A DNA stretch of 64,000 nucleotides from a virus. Its lineage: Duplodnaviria; Heunggongvirae; Uroviricota; Caudoviricetes. Both the position numbers and the translations under genes were made by a program. The DNA is taken from IMG/VR virus record IMGVR_UViG_3300047462_000211. One strand, written 5' to 3'. Numbering within the stretch: position 1 is the stretch's first letter; every line of letters starts with the position of its first letter. The notes below the pieces were generated by a model that saw only the letters and a list, made by a program, of their open reading frames with translations, was not told where the DNA came from and did no database searches. Of this stretch, positions 19,195 to 28,841 are shown piece after piece.

Positions 19195-20873
19195 TTTAAA
19201 CTTTTAATTACCCAATTCCAATAATCTTTAATTGTCCAAGATGATACAAGAGGAAAACTTGGAACAGAACGAACGTCATAATCAGAAACAAAACAATAAT
19301 TCTGTTCAATCATTTTAATATCATTTGAAATTTCATTATTCTTTTTCCAATAATCATACACAGATTGCAAAGCTTTATCAAATAAAATAGTATCTTTTTT
19401 TGGATAATTATTAATAATTATGTTGCAATAATATGGTCTATATGAATCTGGTTCATTCGTGCATTTATCAATTTGTTTGAAACCATAATCACTAAAAATA
19501 ATTGGTTTAGAATTTGGAACCCATTGGCTATATCCACCATGAGCAACAACCCCCATTCCATCTTTGGCATCATACATAGCTTGATGTTGATTGTTCCACC
19601 ACCATCTTATTCTCTTTAAAGCCAATAAATCTTGATTTATTGTATAGGGATTTCTTTGTTGACTGGCTCTATCTGATGATGGGGAAGGAGAAATATAATT
19701 ATTTTCTAAAAATCCAGATGTATTATCTTTGTAATACCAAGAAAAATATTCTCCACTTTCAATATTTGTTTTCAAATAATCTTGATTATATAAATTAGGA
19801 AAACCAGCCAATCCTAAATTATTCATTACGTTTGGACTTGGTGGATAACTTGTTTTTGAAGCTGCTGGAGCATTATTCCAATTATCAACATCAATACCAC
19901 CAGATGGCGTCCAATCAGATAACGGCATATAATTCTTTATTGCAATATATGAGATATTTGGATTTGAATATAATTGGTCAAGATGTGGAATTTTGGCATT
20001 TACATCATTATGATAAATGCCCATCCAATTTTTCCAATCAACAGAATATGCAATATTCGTATTTGGTAAAATGGTTTGAACCGCATCACATAAGCCATTT
20101 AAAGAGGCTACAAACGGGTAATCCCATATTGTGGCATTGGCGTCAGTTTGTCCTTTAACAGTCCAGGAAGCGCCTCTAATGGCTTCTAAGCCAGATAATC
20201 CATCACCTATGAAAAATAAATCAACGCCAGATATGGCACATAATTTTGCATAATGTAAAATCATTCTACTATAAGAAAAATCTGTTCCAGAATATAATAA
20301 TCCATCATTTGTATATGAAAACATTGAAGGGGTTGCATTCCCAACGAAATTATTGATGGCATTTGAAGCATTTTCAGATATATCAGCAGAATAAGTAATT
20401 TCAGAAGATTTCGTTTCATCTGTCATAATTAATTTTGGTGTAAATGAAACAGTAAATCCTTGAGATTTAAGATATTTTATTAATCTAAAAACTGATTTAT
20501 CAGATGGTGTTCCAGGACCAGAAATTGGAAATAAGTTAGAAGTGGATGTTAATCCAGAACATGTCCAGGATTCTTCTGACCATTTGCTATTTTGATATAC
20601 TTGGGTTTTTTTGCAATTTGATGATGGAAATACTTTCGCTTGACTTGCATCTAAATTATCACAAAACCAAGAAACTATAATATTGATATTTTTACAAGCT
20701 GGATAATTTTCTTTTAAATTATTAATGGCAATGATTAAATCGGTTGCTTTAAGAGAACCATCAGAAAAACAATTTACTATATTTCCGTTTACTCGATATG
20801 GCAAAGTATCATAGACAAATTCACCAATTGAAGGATTTAAATTTATTCCAGTAATGTAATAATTTGGTAGCAA
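19191..20873 (-). CDS. Large hypothetical protein (560 aa), possibly carbohydrate-active/TIM-barrel-like, perhaps tail-associated
   Basis: Long ORF with many W/Y/N/D residues and a segment GVDLFFIGDGLSGLEAIRGASW. The functional guess is weak. TTG start. Confidence 0.3.
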   Translation of the reverse strand: MLPNYYITGINLNPSIGEFVYDTLPYRVNGNIVNCFSDGSLKATDLIIAINNLKENYPACKNINIIVSWFCDNLDASQAKVFPSSNCKKTQVYQNSKWSEESWTCSGLTSTSNLFPISGPGTPSDKSVFRLIKYLKSQGFTVSFTPKLIMTDETKSSEITYSADISENASNAINNFVGNATPSMFSYTNDGLLYSGTDFSYSRMILHYAKLCAISGVDLFFIGDGLSGLEAIRGASWTVKGQTDANATIWDYPFVASLNGLCDAVQTILPNTNIAYSVDWKNWMGIYHNDVNAKIPHLDQLYSNPNISYIAIKNYMPLSDWTPSGGIDVDNWNNAPAASKTSYPPSPNVMNNLGLAGFPNLYNQDYLKTNIESGEYFSWYYKDNTSGFLENNYISPSPSSDRASQQRNPYTINQDLLALKRIRWWWNNQHQAMYDAKDGMGVVAHGGYSQWVPNSKPIIFSDYGFKQIDKCTNEPDSYRPYYCNIIINNYPKKDTILFDKALQSVYDYWKKNNEISNDIKMIEQNYCFVSDYDVRSVPSFPLVSSWTIKDYWNWVIKSLK

Positions 20874-21212
20874 AATAATAATCCTCTTATGAGGATTATT
20901 TATTATTTTAAATATCGAATAGCTTTTGGATTTTGTTGAAGGGGGGCTAATTGCACATCATCTGATGGATTTTCTATATATTCGATTATCATAACGCCGG
21001 TGATTTTGCATTTTCTGATGGATTTTTTATCGGCAATTTGTGCGGCTTCTGACAAGTTAATCGCGGTTAAAAATTATCCTTATAATATACAATATATAGA
21101 AAATCCATCTGAACAAGTGCAAATAGCTGCTGTTAAAAAAACCGAGTCTGAAAAATACAATAGTTTAAAAAGAGCCATGTCTTCCGCATCTTTAAAATAT
21201 ATAAATTTTTTA

Positions 21213-21990
21213 TCCTCTCATGCCGTAAAACCACGTCCTTTAGGGCGTGGGTCATTGGTATATTGTCGTTTTATGTGAAACAAATAAAAAGGATAGACCT
21301 GTTGGTGATGATGTAGTTGGTATTGACCTGGGATTAAAGGATTGGATAATCACAAGTGATGGTGAAATATTTAATTTACATCCTAATTTGTTAGAAAAAG
21401 AAGAAAAAGTAAAAAAAGAACAACGCCGTTTATCAAAAAAACAAAAAGGAAATAATAGAACTAAACAAAGAAAAAAATTACAACGTGCATACACCAAAGT
21501 AAGATATGCACGAAATGATAATGCACATAAGGCAAGTAGTTCGATAGCCAAGAATTATTCCTGTGTGGCAATAGAAGATTTAAATGTTCGAGGGATGATG
21601 AAAAATCACTGCTTGGCACGTCGAATTGCTCAAGTTAGTTGGGGTCAACTGAAATTATATTTGTCATATAAAACAAATGTCAAATTAGTTAACCGCTGGT
21701 ATCCGAGTAGCAAGACATGTAGCGAATGCGGAAATAAACAGGATATGCCTTTAAGAATTAGAACATACGAATGTATTAATTGCGGTATGATAATGGATAG
21801 AGATTTAAATGCCGCGATTAATATAAAAAATATTACCTTTGGAACGAAGGAAAATTACGCCTGTGGAGATATCAATTTCGGGGAAGATGATCATTTTCTA
21901 GATATGTGTCTATGAATCAGGAAAAATTTAAGACGGATATTGCTTGCGATATCTTTGGTCAAGAAGCCCCGTCCTTTAGGGCGGGGTAGT
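21213..21990 (+). mobile_element. Truncated IS200/IS605-family element (tnpB-only remnant) bounded by two near-identical GC-rich subterminal hairpins
   Basis: Hairpins ccacgtcc-ttta-gggcgtgg (21215-21234) and ccccgtcc-ttta-gggcgggg (21966-21985) flank a TnpB C-terminal-half ORF. Local GC content is far above the window average. Confidence 0.6.
21247..21915 (+). CDS. tnpB: TnpB (OrfB) fragment: RuvC-like nuclease split by a CxxC..CxxC zinc ribbon, lacking the N-terminal WED/REC half
   Basis: RuvC-I GIDLG, RuvC-II AIEDL, Zn ribbon CSECG...CINCG, RuvC-III DRDLNAAINI. Only 222 aa against about 400 aa for intact TnpB. Confidence 0.8.
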   Translation: MGHWYIVVLCETNKKDRPVGDDVVGIDLGLKDWIITSDGEIFNLHPNLLEKEEKVKKEQRRLSKKQKGNNRTKQRKKLQRAYTKVRYARNDNAHKASSSIAKNYSCVAIEDLNVRGMMKNHCLARRIAQVSWGQLKLYLSYKTNVKLVNRWYPSSKTCSECGNKQDMPLRIRTYECINCGMIMDRDLNAAINIKNITFGTKENYACGDINFGEDDHFLDMCL

Positions 21991-22003
21991 TCACATAAAC
22001 TCA

Positions 22004-24223
22004 TTAATAGCCACCATTATCAAAACTGTTTTGTGCTGTAAGACCAGAAAGTGTTCTTAATCTTCCAAGATAATTACCACCAACATCTTCTTCATCACCA
22101 GTAATAGGGTCGCTTACTGTTTTAGAGAGGACTTCGCTTTTGAAAGAATCTTCCTGGTTTTCATCAGGAAATATAATATCTTCTCTGCTAATTACGTCAT
22201 CATCTTCATCAACTAATTCTGGTGAATTTACATCATCATCATCTGTGATTTCAAAACCTTTTCCATGCAAATAATCAATGGTTTGTTGTAAATATTCTTC
22301 CGCAAGTTCTTCTGGATTCATTTGATTTTCATCTTCTGAAAAATATTCAATCAAAGAATCTTTTACTTCATCACGAGATACTTTATCTTCCATCCCACCA
22401 AGTGATTGCGTTCCTAAACCAATACCATAAGATGTTTTTCTGGCTCTCGAATTCCACCAAGCAATTGGGCTAAATTCCAAGTCATCATCCATTTCATCCA
22501 ATAATGCATAATCTTCAGTTACGGCTTCAACACCAGCGCTTTTAACAGCCTTGGATGCAATAGCACGTAATTTCATCAACATATCTTCATCTTTTTCTTC
22601 TGGTAATTTTTCAGCAACAGTACCCAATAAATTACTCAAAGAATCATCAGCAATATGTGGAACCAAAGCACTTAATTCATAAACCATTTTGGCAGTTTTG
22701 TTTAAGAATTTTGGAATGTCAGTAAATGAAGGTTTACCTTCTAAATTAATTACACCATGTTTGAAATTATCCCAAACGGATTTTTTTAATTTATTACCCA
22801 TAACAGAAACATAAGAATCTTCATCACCTTCATTTAAATCACGTTCTTCCATATCATTTTTTGATTCATTTAAAACTTTTTTAATATCAAAAGAATCAAT
22901 CCATTTTTGATATTCCATTATAGCTTTTGATTTAACTTTAACGCCTTCATCCAATGATACACCAGCATTTTTCAATGTTTTCATACCAACAGCCAAAAAT
23001 TGCTTTTTCAATTCTGGATTTTTAACTTCTTGGGTTTTTTCAGCAATTGCATTTACTAAATTCTGTAAAGCATCGTTTTCAATATGTGGAACAATTTTTG
23101 AAACTTTATACATCAATTCAGCAGTTTTTGAAAGAAATTGTGGTTTGTCATTAAAATCAGGCTGACCAACTAATTGCATTACACCATGTTTGAAATTTTC
23201 CCAAACTGTTTTATCAATTTTTTTACCAAATACAGAAATAAGATTTGGTTTTTCTTCTTTTTCTTTCAATTCCAATTTTTTACCTTCTTTGGTCATCGCA
23301 TCACAAGCAGCTTCAACAATTTTTCTTGAACAATGTTTGCCTTCAGACATTAATAAATCACTCATTTCATCCAAAGTTTCCTCTGGAGTTTTTCCTTTTT
23401 TCTTCTCTGATTCATTCAAAGTAACAATTGAAAATTTCTCATCATTATATGATTCTGCTAATGCCAATTTAACAAACGTTTCAAACATCTTTTTTACTTG
23501 GCTTCTGCAAGCTTCCTGAACGGTCATGAGGGCTTGTGGTTCTGCACTACCTTCGATACCAGAAATATGATTAACGGCTCCTACGAGGCTGCTATAGTCT
23601 TGTGCCATGCGATTAATCTGTTGACCAACAACATCAGCAAAATTACCACCATGATTCATATGTTGTGCCATTGCTTTAGCGGGCATTAGATTATTTGTTG
23701 GGAATGTAAATGTTTCTCCATTACCATCTTCTAGAATAATGCTTTCAATGCATTTTGCGCGTTCTTTTGGATTATCTGTTTTTTTGGAATGCTTAACTGT
23801 CATTTTCGCATTTTCTAATTTTAAGTATGATGTACTCATTGTGCCGTACATACCTTCAAAAATATTCATCTCATTTCCTTTTTTTCTTGTTTCTTGAAGA
23901 TTTGAAAAATCTTTTGGTGAAATCTCTTTTCCATATTCTCTTGTATGGAATAATAATTTATATTTAGAACTTGTTGTTCTTAATGTTTTGATTAAATTTA
24001 ATAAATCACCAATTGGTGATTTATTACCCTTGTATAATTTAACACAAGAATTTTCTTCATCCTCACTCAAAGATACTAATAAATTTTCTTTCTTAACAAA
24101 AAATCTACGAGCGTCTCCTGGGTCATCAGTGCGATTACCATCAATGTCATACATGACTTGAATGTAGCCACATGATTTTAATATCTCAAAAATCTCTTTG
24201 GCAGGAGCACTAAAATCTATCAA
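22004..24223 (-). CDS. Acidic 739-aa protein with internal tandem duplication of a ~110-aa domain
   Basis: Two copies of ..G(K/N)K(I/L)(D/K)K(T/S)VW(E/D)NFKHGV..L.G.P.F.D.P.FL.KTA..(M/V)Y..S..VPHI..D.L.NL.... D/E/K-rich. Confidence 0.55.
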   Translation of the reverse strand: MIDFSAPAKEIFEILKSCGYIQVMYDIDGNRTDDPGDARRFFVKKENLLVSLSEDEENSCVKLYKGNKSPIGDLLNLIKTLRTTSSKYKLLFHTREYGKEISPKDFSNLQETRKKGNEMNIFEGMYGTMSTSYLKLENAKMTVKHSKKTDNPKERAKCIESIILEDGNGETFTFPTNNLMPAKAMAQHMNHGGNFADVVGQQINRMAQDYSSLVGAVNHISGIEGSAEPQALMTVQEACRSQVKKMFETFVKLALAESYNDEKFSIVTLNESEKKKGKTPEETLDEMSDLLMSEGKHCSRKIVEAACDAMTKEGKKLELKEKEEKPNLISVFGKKIDKTVWENFKHGVMQLVGQPDFNDKPQFLSKTAELMYKVSKIVPHIENDALQNLVNAIAEKTQEVKNPELKKQFLAVGMKTLKNAGVSLDEGVKVKSKAIMEYQKWIDSFDIKKVLNESKNDMEERDLNEGDEDSYVSVMGNKLKKSVWDNFKHGVINLEGKPSFTDIPKFLNKTAKMVYELSALVPHIADDSLSNLLGTVAEKLPEEKDEDMLMKLRAIASKAVKSAGVEAVTEDYALLDEMDDDLEFSPIAWWNSRARKTSYGIGLGTQSLGGMEDKVSRDEVKDSLIEYFSEDENQMNPEELAEEYLQQTIDYLHGKGFEITDDDDVNSPELVDEDDDVISREDIIFPDENQEDSFKSEVLSKTVSDPITGDEEDVGGNYLGRLRTLSGLTAQNSFDNGGY

Positions 24224-24450
24224 ATTATAACCTATTTGTTTGTTATATTTTATTTATCCAATAGATTATTTTATCTCTTTTTATTAATTATTTGCCTGCC
24301 AGTTGCCTAATACCTGATTATAGGTAATGTCACTTTTGTCTCAAATGAAATTCCATAGATACGTTCTACAAATTATTAAAATCATGACAAAAATTATTTG
24401 ACAAAAACATAAATAGAACTATTTTTGGCTGGTTTTTCATAAATATTTAA

Positions 24451-24969
24451 ATGCGTATTTCTGATTTTCAAAATTATAAAATTTCATTTCAAGAAGAGAT
24501 GCATAGTTTTCAACACGGTCAAAAAGATTTGTCTTTGAATGCTTTTGTAAACAATGAAAAAGTTGGATATATTGATTATTCGGAATATGATGGAACGCCA
24601 GCAATAAAATATATTGAAGTGTTTGATAAAAACAAAGGTATTGGAAAAGCATTAATTAAAAAATTACAAACAATGTATCCTGATAAAGAAATTGAATGGG
24701 GTAATTTAACGTCTGATGGAATGATGTTAAAAAATTCTTTACCAACCAAAACAGTTTATAATCCAAAATATCAGGAATATTTGAGTAAATTAGAAAGACT
24801 TAAACAATTAGAAGATAGTTATACGAAGATTATTGAAAACAAAAATACAACTACAGAAAAACGACTTGAATTGGGTGTTAAATGGAATCAATTACATGAT
24901 TTGGAATATCAATTAAAAGAAAAATTAAAAAATTTATCTCAATCAAAAACTTTAATAATTACAGATTAA
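24451..24969 (+). CDS. GNAT-like acetyltransferase candidate
   Basis: Motif-A-like KNKGIGKALIKKLQ following a beta-strand IKYIEVF. Weak. Confidence 0.35.
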   Translation: MRISDFQNYKISFQEEMHSFQHGQKDLSLNAFVNNEKVGYIDYSEYDGTPAIKYIEVFDKNKGIGKALIKKLQTMYPDKEIEWGNLTSDGMMLKNSLPTKTVYNPKYQEYLSKLERLKQLEDSYTKIIENKNTTTEKRLELGVKWNQLHDLEYQLKEKLKNLSQSKTLIITD

Positions 24970-25007
24970 ATATTGATTAATTATTTAATTTCTGTATTTT
25001 AAATAAA

Positions 25008-26024
25008 ATGTTGTCTGTTCCATATCATAGTTTAGTTTTATTATCTAATAGAAATTTAAAGAATAAATTTCCTATCCATGAATTTGTGGACATTGAAAGC
25101 ATCAAAGGAACATTAAATCACAGAGATTGTAATCCAGATGTTTTATTTGAAGAAATTTTTTATGTATTGGAAAGTAAATTTCGATTAGGTGATAGAGTTG
25201 TTATGGTAGTTAATGACCAATATCAAAAAGAATTATATGCAAAATTTTGTGAAGATAATGGTGCAAAGATTTTTGTTGGTGATGCTGATTATAAACCTGT
25301 GTTGCAACCTAATCCAAAAAACTTCTCTGGTATTACCGTAATTGGTGATGTTCATGGCGATATTGATAATTTACGGTCTGCTATAAAATGGGGGATTGGA
25401 CGTTCCAATCTACTTTGTTTTTTAGGTGATATTATTGATTATGGTAATGATAATATTGAAGTAATGAACACAGTATATTCCTTGGTTATGCAAGGAAAAG
25501 CAATTATGATGATGGGCAATCATGAACGAAAAATATTGAAATGGTTAAACAATAAAAAAGTAAAATTATCCGATGGTAATATGAAAACTGTCAATAATTT
25601 GAATAAACTATCCGATGAAGAAAAACAAAAATGGATAGGTAGATTTAAATCTTTATGTGCTCATACAAAAGTTGTATATGAAATAGATGATTTTGTATTC
25701 ACACATGGTGCTGTTCATCAATCATATTGGTTAAAAGAAAATAATAAAAATTTAGAACATTATGCGTATTATGGCGAAAGCAGTGATAATAATTCTTTAA
25801 ATTATCGATTAATGTACAATTGGGTAAATTATATTCCAAAAAACAAAACAGTTATTGTTGGACATGATACACGTTCTACGGTTGCACCATTGATTATGAA
25901 TTCTTCCAATGGTGGTAGTGCTATTTTTTTAGACACTGGTTCTGGAAAAGGTGGCAAATTAACCAGTGCAGATTTAAAATTTGATAATAATAAATTGAAA
26001 TTATCTAATTATAACAAATATTAA
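25008..26024 (+). CDS. PPP-family metallophosphoesterase (lambda Ser/Thr protein phosphatase-like) with N-terminal extension
   Basis: Signature motifs in the right order: GDVHGD, GDIIDYG, GNHE. Confidence 0.75.
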   Translation: MLSVPYHSLVLLSNRNLKNKFPIHEFVDIESIKGTLNHRDCNPDVLFEEIFYVLESKFRLGDRVVMVVNDQYQKELYAKFCEDNGAKIFVGDADYKPVLQPNPKNFSGITVIGDVHGDIDNLRSAIKWGIGRSNLLCFLGDIIDYGNDNIEVMNTVYSLVMQGKAIMMMGNHERKILKWLNNKKVKLSDGNMKTVNNLNKLSDEEKQKWIGRFKSLCAHTKVVYEIDDFVFTHGAVHQSYWLKENNKNLEHYAYYGESSDNNSLNYRLMYNWVNYIPKNKTVIVGHDTRSTVAPLIMNSSNGGSAIFLDTGSGKGGKLTSADLKFDNNKLKLSNYNKY

Positions 26025-26077
26025 AACGCTAGACAAAATAAAATAATATGGTAATTTTCCATTATAGGAGAATTATT

Positions 26078-26281
26078 ATGGAATTTTATATCACAAAGCG
26101 TTTTCTGAATTTTGCTGCCTGGAAGGATGAATTTGAAAGCATTTTTCCATCCCATGGTTATGTTCAGCAGGGTAACGTTTGGTATGACCGTAACGCACGC
26201 GGTTCGTATAATGTTGTCTCACGTGAAGGACAATATATTAATTTGGAACATCCTCTTCTTCTCAACAAAGAAGCTGCATAA
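26078..26281 (+). CDS. Small hypothetical protein (67 aa)
   Basis: ATG preceded by AGGAGA Shine-Dalgarno. Track ORF starts further upstream. Confidence 0.4.
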   Translation: MEFYITKRFLNFAAWKDEFESIFPSHGYVQQGNVWYDRNARGSYNVVSREGQYINLEHPLLLNKEAA

Positions 26282-26291
26282 GGAAATCAAC

Positions 26292-26702
26292 ATGATTAAG
26301 GTATTTTATTTCAAGCGGGAAGATTCTCGTTATATCGATGATTTGATGTGGCGGCTTGGCAACAAAGCTGTTGGTATGATGGACTATGAAAAAAATAAGA
26401 ACGAAATCATAAATTCTATTTTGGAAAAATTTAACAGTGATGGCTATGAATTGGTTGCAGAAGTTGATTCATCTGATTTAGAAATTGCCTATGCACATTT
26501 GCAAAATGGCGTTCATACTGAATCATGGGACAAAGAACCAACGAAAATTGTGAAACCAATCATTGGAACATTGACTTTCAATAATAAAGTTTATGGTAAT
26601 CGTTCTTCAATGATGGGTGATATTTACCAAACTGATGATGGCGCATTGCATATCGTAAGTGCAATCGGCTTCAAACAAATTAAGGAGGGTGAACATGTCT
26701 GA
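26292..26702 (+). CDS. Hypothetical protein (136 aa)
   Basis: ATG at 26292 preceded by AAGGAAA. Track lists a longer out-of-context N-terminus. Confidence 0.45.
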   Translation: MIKVFYFKREDSRYIDDLMWRLGNKAVGMMDYEKNKNEIINSILEKFNSDGYELVAEVDSSDLEIAYAHLQNGVHTESWDKEPTKIVKPIIGTLTFNNKVYGNRSSMMGDIYQTDDGALHIVSAIGFKQIKEGEHV

Positions 26703-26991
26703 ATATGTGAATTTTGGAAATCAAGTTGTTCACAAGTTTGGTTTGGGTCAAACGCAATATATTTCGCGTTATATCAATCAAAATTTTGATGAAGAATATC
26801 CCATGCTTGGTGAAGGATTGCGTTTTATTGGCAATCCTTCAAATTATCACAATGTTGAAATTCATGTTGATGATATCGAAAAATTCTTGCGTAGATATCG
26901 CGCATATTCAGAATTACAAAATACATGGAAGGTTGGTGAAGAAACACCGTTTCTTAAAATTAATAAAATGATTTTGTATGGAGAAATATAA
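26695..26991 (+). CDS. Hypothetical protein (98 aa)
   Basis: ATG at 26695 with a perfect AAGGAGG Shine-Dalgarno 7 nt upstream. Overlaps the previous stop. Confidence 0.5.
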   Translation: MSEYVNFGNQVVHKFGLGQTQYISRYINQNFDEEYPMLGEGLRFIGNPSNYHNVEIHVDDIEKFLRRYRAYSELQNTWKVGEETPFLKINKMILYGEI

Positions 26992-26997
26992 AAACAT

Positions 26998-27025
26998 TTG
27001 ACAAAATCCAATATTATGGTATAAG
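26998..27025 (+). promoter_or_regulatory. Sigma70-like promoter: TTGACA, 13-nt spacer, TGgTATAAG extended -10
   Basis: TTGACA at 26998-27003 and TGG+TATAAG at 27017-27025. Then GGAAGGGA Shine-Dalgarno and the ATG at 27047. Confidence 0.55.
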
Positions 27026-27046
27026 AATGGGGAAGGGATTATTCTC

Positions 27047-27496
27047 ATGAGCGTTTTCAAATGTGCTGAAGTTGTAAACGAGTTTTTGTTTGCTGGTAAA
27101 GCGGTTATTACGCTCAAGAGTCTCAAGAGCGATTCGCATTTTACCTACAAAATCACGCCGAACAAAAACCGTACTGTTTGGTTTGTTTCGGTTTTGGTTG
27201 CTGCTGATAAATTCCTTTATCTTGGAGTTTTGTCGCAAAACCAATTTCGAATTATCCATACGGCAAAATCAGCTTTTGCTGGCGCCGATATTCGGTTTTC
27301 CGCATTTCAATATTTTCTCACAAATGTTGTGATTGAAAAAACCATTCCCGCATCATTAGAAGTGCGTCATGAAGGTATTTGCGGGCGTTGTTCGCGTGCT
27401 CTGACACATCCTGAGTCCATTGACCGTGGCATTGGTCCTGAGTGCTGGAATAAGATGATGCCAGCGAAAACCAGTTCTAAAAGCAGATTGGATTGA
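27047..27496 (+). CDS. Hypothetical protein with C-terminal zinc-ribbon-like motif ICGRCSRALTHPESIDRGIGPEC
   Basis: ORF with good promoter and Shine-Dalgarno. The C-terminal motif resembles a widespread phage domain of unknown function. Confidence 0.5.
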   Translation: MSVFKCAEVVNEFLFAGKAVITLKSLKSDSHFTYKITPNKNRTVWFVSVLVAADKFLYLGVLSQNQFRIIHTAKSAFAGADIRFSAFQYFLTNVVIEKTIPASLEVRHEGICGRCSRALTHPESIDRGIGPECWNKMMPAKTSSKSRLD

Positions 27497-27723
27497 TAAT
27501 TATGTTAATTAAATCCAAAAAAATAAATTCTGGTTTGTATCAAATCGCAGTAAATACTCACATTTTTCAGGTTGAGAAATTTCCAGATGCAAGCTGGTAT
27601 GTATTTTTATTACTACCAAATGGTGCAAGGGAGTGGTATCAAGATTTTCACACGAAACGAGATGATGCTGTAAATTATATAATCAAATTGGATATATGTG
27701 TTGACAAATTAAAAGTTAGATAA
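27493..27723 (+). CDS. Hypothetical protein (76 aa)
   Basis: ORF track. 4-nt overlap with the upstream gene. Confidence 0.4.
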   Translation: MIIMLIKSKKINSGLYQIAVNTHIFQVEKFPDASWYVFLLLPNGAREWYQDFHTKRDDAVNYIIKLDICVDKLKVR

Positions 27724-27870
27724 TAACTTTTATATCTTGTCGCGATGCGTAGGGGCAAGAGTTCGAAGGTTATCGACGTTTGGGGCTAGAAAATGCTACA
27801 GTGTACGGAATCAGAACCCGTAGTTTGTTGGGGATGAAGTAGCCACTACCAACCAATTGAATAATGCTTA

Positions 27871-27899
27871 TTGACAAATTAATTGTTTTAATTTATTAA
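27871..27899 (+). promoter_or_regulatory. Sigma70-like promoter: TTGACA, 17-nt spacer, TATTAA
   Basis: TTGACA at 27871-76 and TATTAA at 27894-99, 9 nt before the ATG at 27908. Confidence 0.45.
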
Positions 27900-27907
27900 A
27901 TATTCCC

Positions 27908-28654
27908 ATGAGAAAAGATATGGGAAAAGTTGTGATTGAGAAGCCCAGAACCCATAGTGAATATGGATATAAGGCTGTGCGTCATAACAACAAATTTGTT
28001 TTGAATAAATTAAAAAATCTCAATCTCAATGATTTGAGAGCCGCCAATGATGACGATATTGAAGACGTTTTGGAACATATTGAAACTGGTGGCATTGAAC
28101 CTATGCTGGGTGCTTATTATAGCAGCAGCATTACCAAAGATTTTACTGATGTTTTGGGTCCAATTTCGGGTTATCTTCACTCAAAAGTTGGTTGCCTTTG
28201 GAATGATGTTTGGTCAGATGTTTGTGAAAATCTTCGTGGTGGATATGTCGTTGAACATGTTCGCGGTCATGTTGAAGACATGGTTGATTTTGAAGGATTC
28301 GACAAATATGGCACTTGGCGTTCACAAGAAGATATAAAATATGCAGGCAGATTTCGTTTTCGTGCCGAATTTTATGTTGATGAACATGGTGTTCTTCAAC
28401 GCAAATTGCCTGCTAAGAAAATTCCAAAATACGAATACAAATCTTACGGTAAAATTGGTTTTTTAAAAGAACAAGACGACCGTTTTTGGAAACTTAACCG
28501 TTACGCCAATCCATATTTTCGTTTTGTCAGCAAAAAACGTTATGATGAATATGATGAAAAAATGAATAATTTTAGATTGTTCATCAAAGATGATATCGAA
28601 TATATTTTATTAAACAACATCTGGTTTACTTTTGAATTTGAAAAACAATTCTGA
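27908..28654 (+). CDS. Hypothetical protein (248 aa)
   Basis: ORF track. Confidence 0.45.
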   Translation: MRKDMGKVVIEKPRTHSEYGYKAVRHNNKFVLNKLKNLNLNDLRAANDDDIEDVLEHIETGGIEPMLGAYYSSSITKDFTDVLGPISGYLHSKVGCLWNDVWSDVCENLRGGYVVEHVRGHVEDMVDFEGFDKYGTWRSQEDIKYAGRFRFRAEFYVDEHGVLQRKLPAKKIPKYEYKSYGKIGFLKEQDDRFWKLNRYANPYFRFVSKKRYDEYDEKMNNFRLFIKDDIEYILLNNIWFTFEFEKQF

Positions 28655-28841
28655 TATTTCTAATCGTGTTAGCAAAGACGTTGATGGTAATATCACCACT
28701 CGTTTATTTTGTTATAAACAATACGACATTTTGGGAAATTTCCATGGTGAAGAAATGACACAGATTGATAATAACAAAACCATTCGTTACAAAATTCGTC
28801 AATTAAACCATAATGAATTGAAAAAATTGAATTTGGTATGA
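28632..28841 (+). CDS. Hypothetical protein (69 aa)
   Basis: ORF track. Confidence 0.3.
   Translation: MNLKNNSDISNRVSKDVDGNITTRLFCYKQYDILGNFHGEEMTQIDNNKTIRYKIRQLNHNELKKLNLV

Noticed and set aside
27724-27907. Possible tRNA in the GC-rich intergenic segment (contains GTTCGAA)
   Set aside because: No T-stem complementarity around the GTTCGAA on either strand. The candidate anticodon hairpin has a 9-nt loop. No acceptor-stem pairing. The ncRNA hypothesis is kept only as a low-confidence finding.
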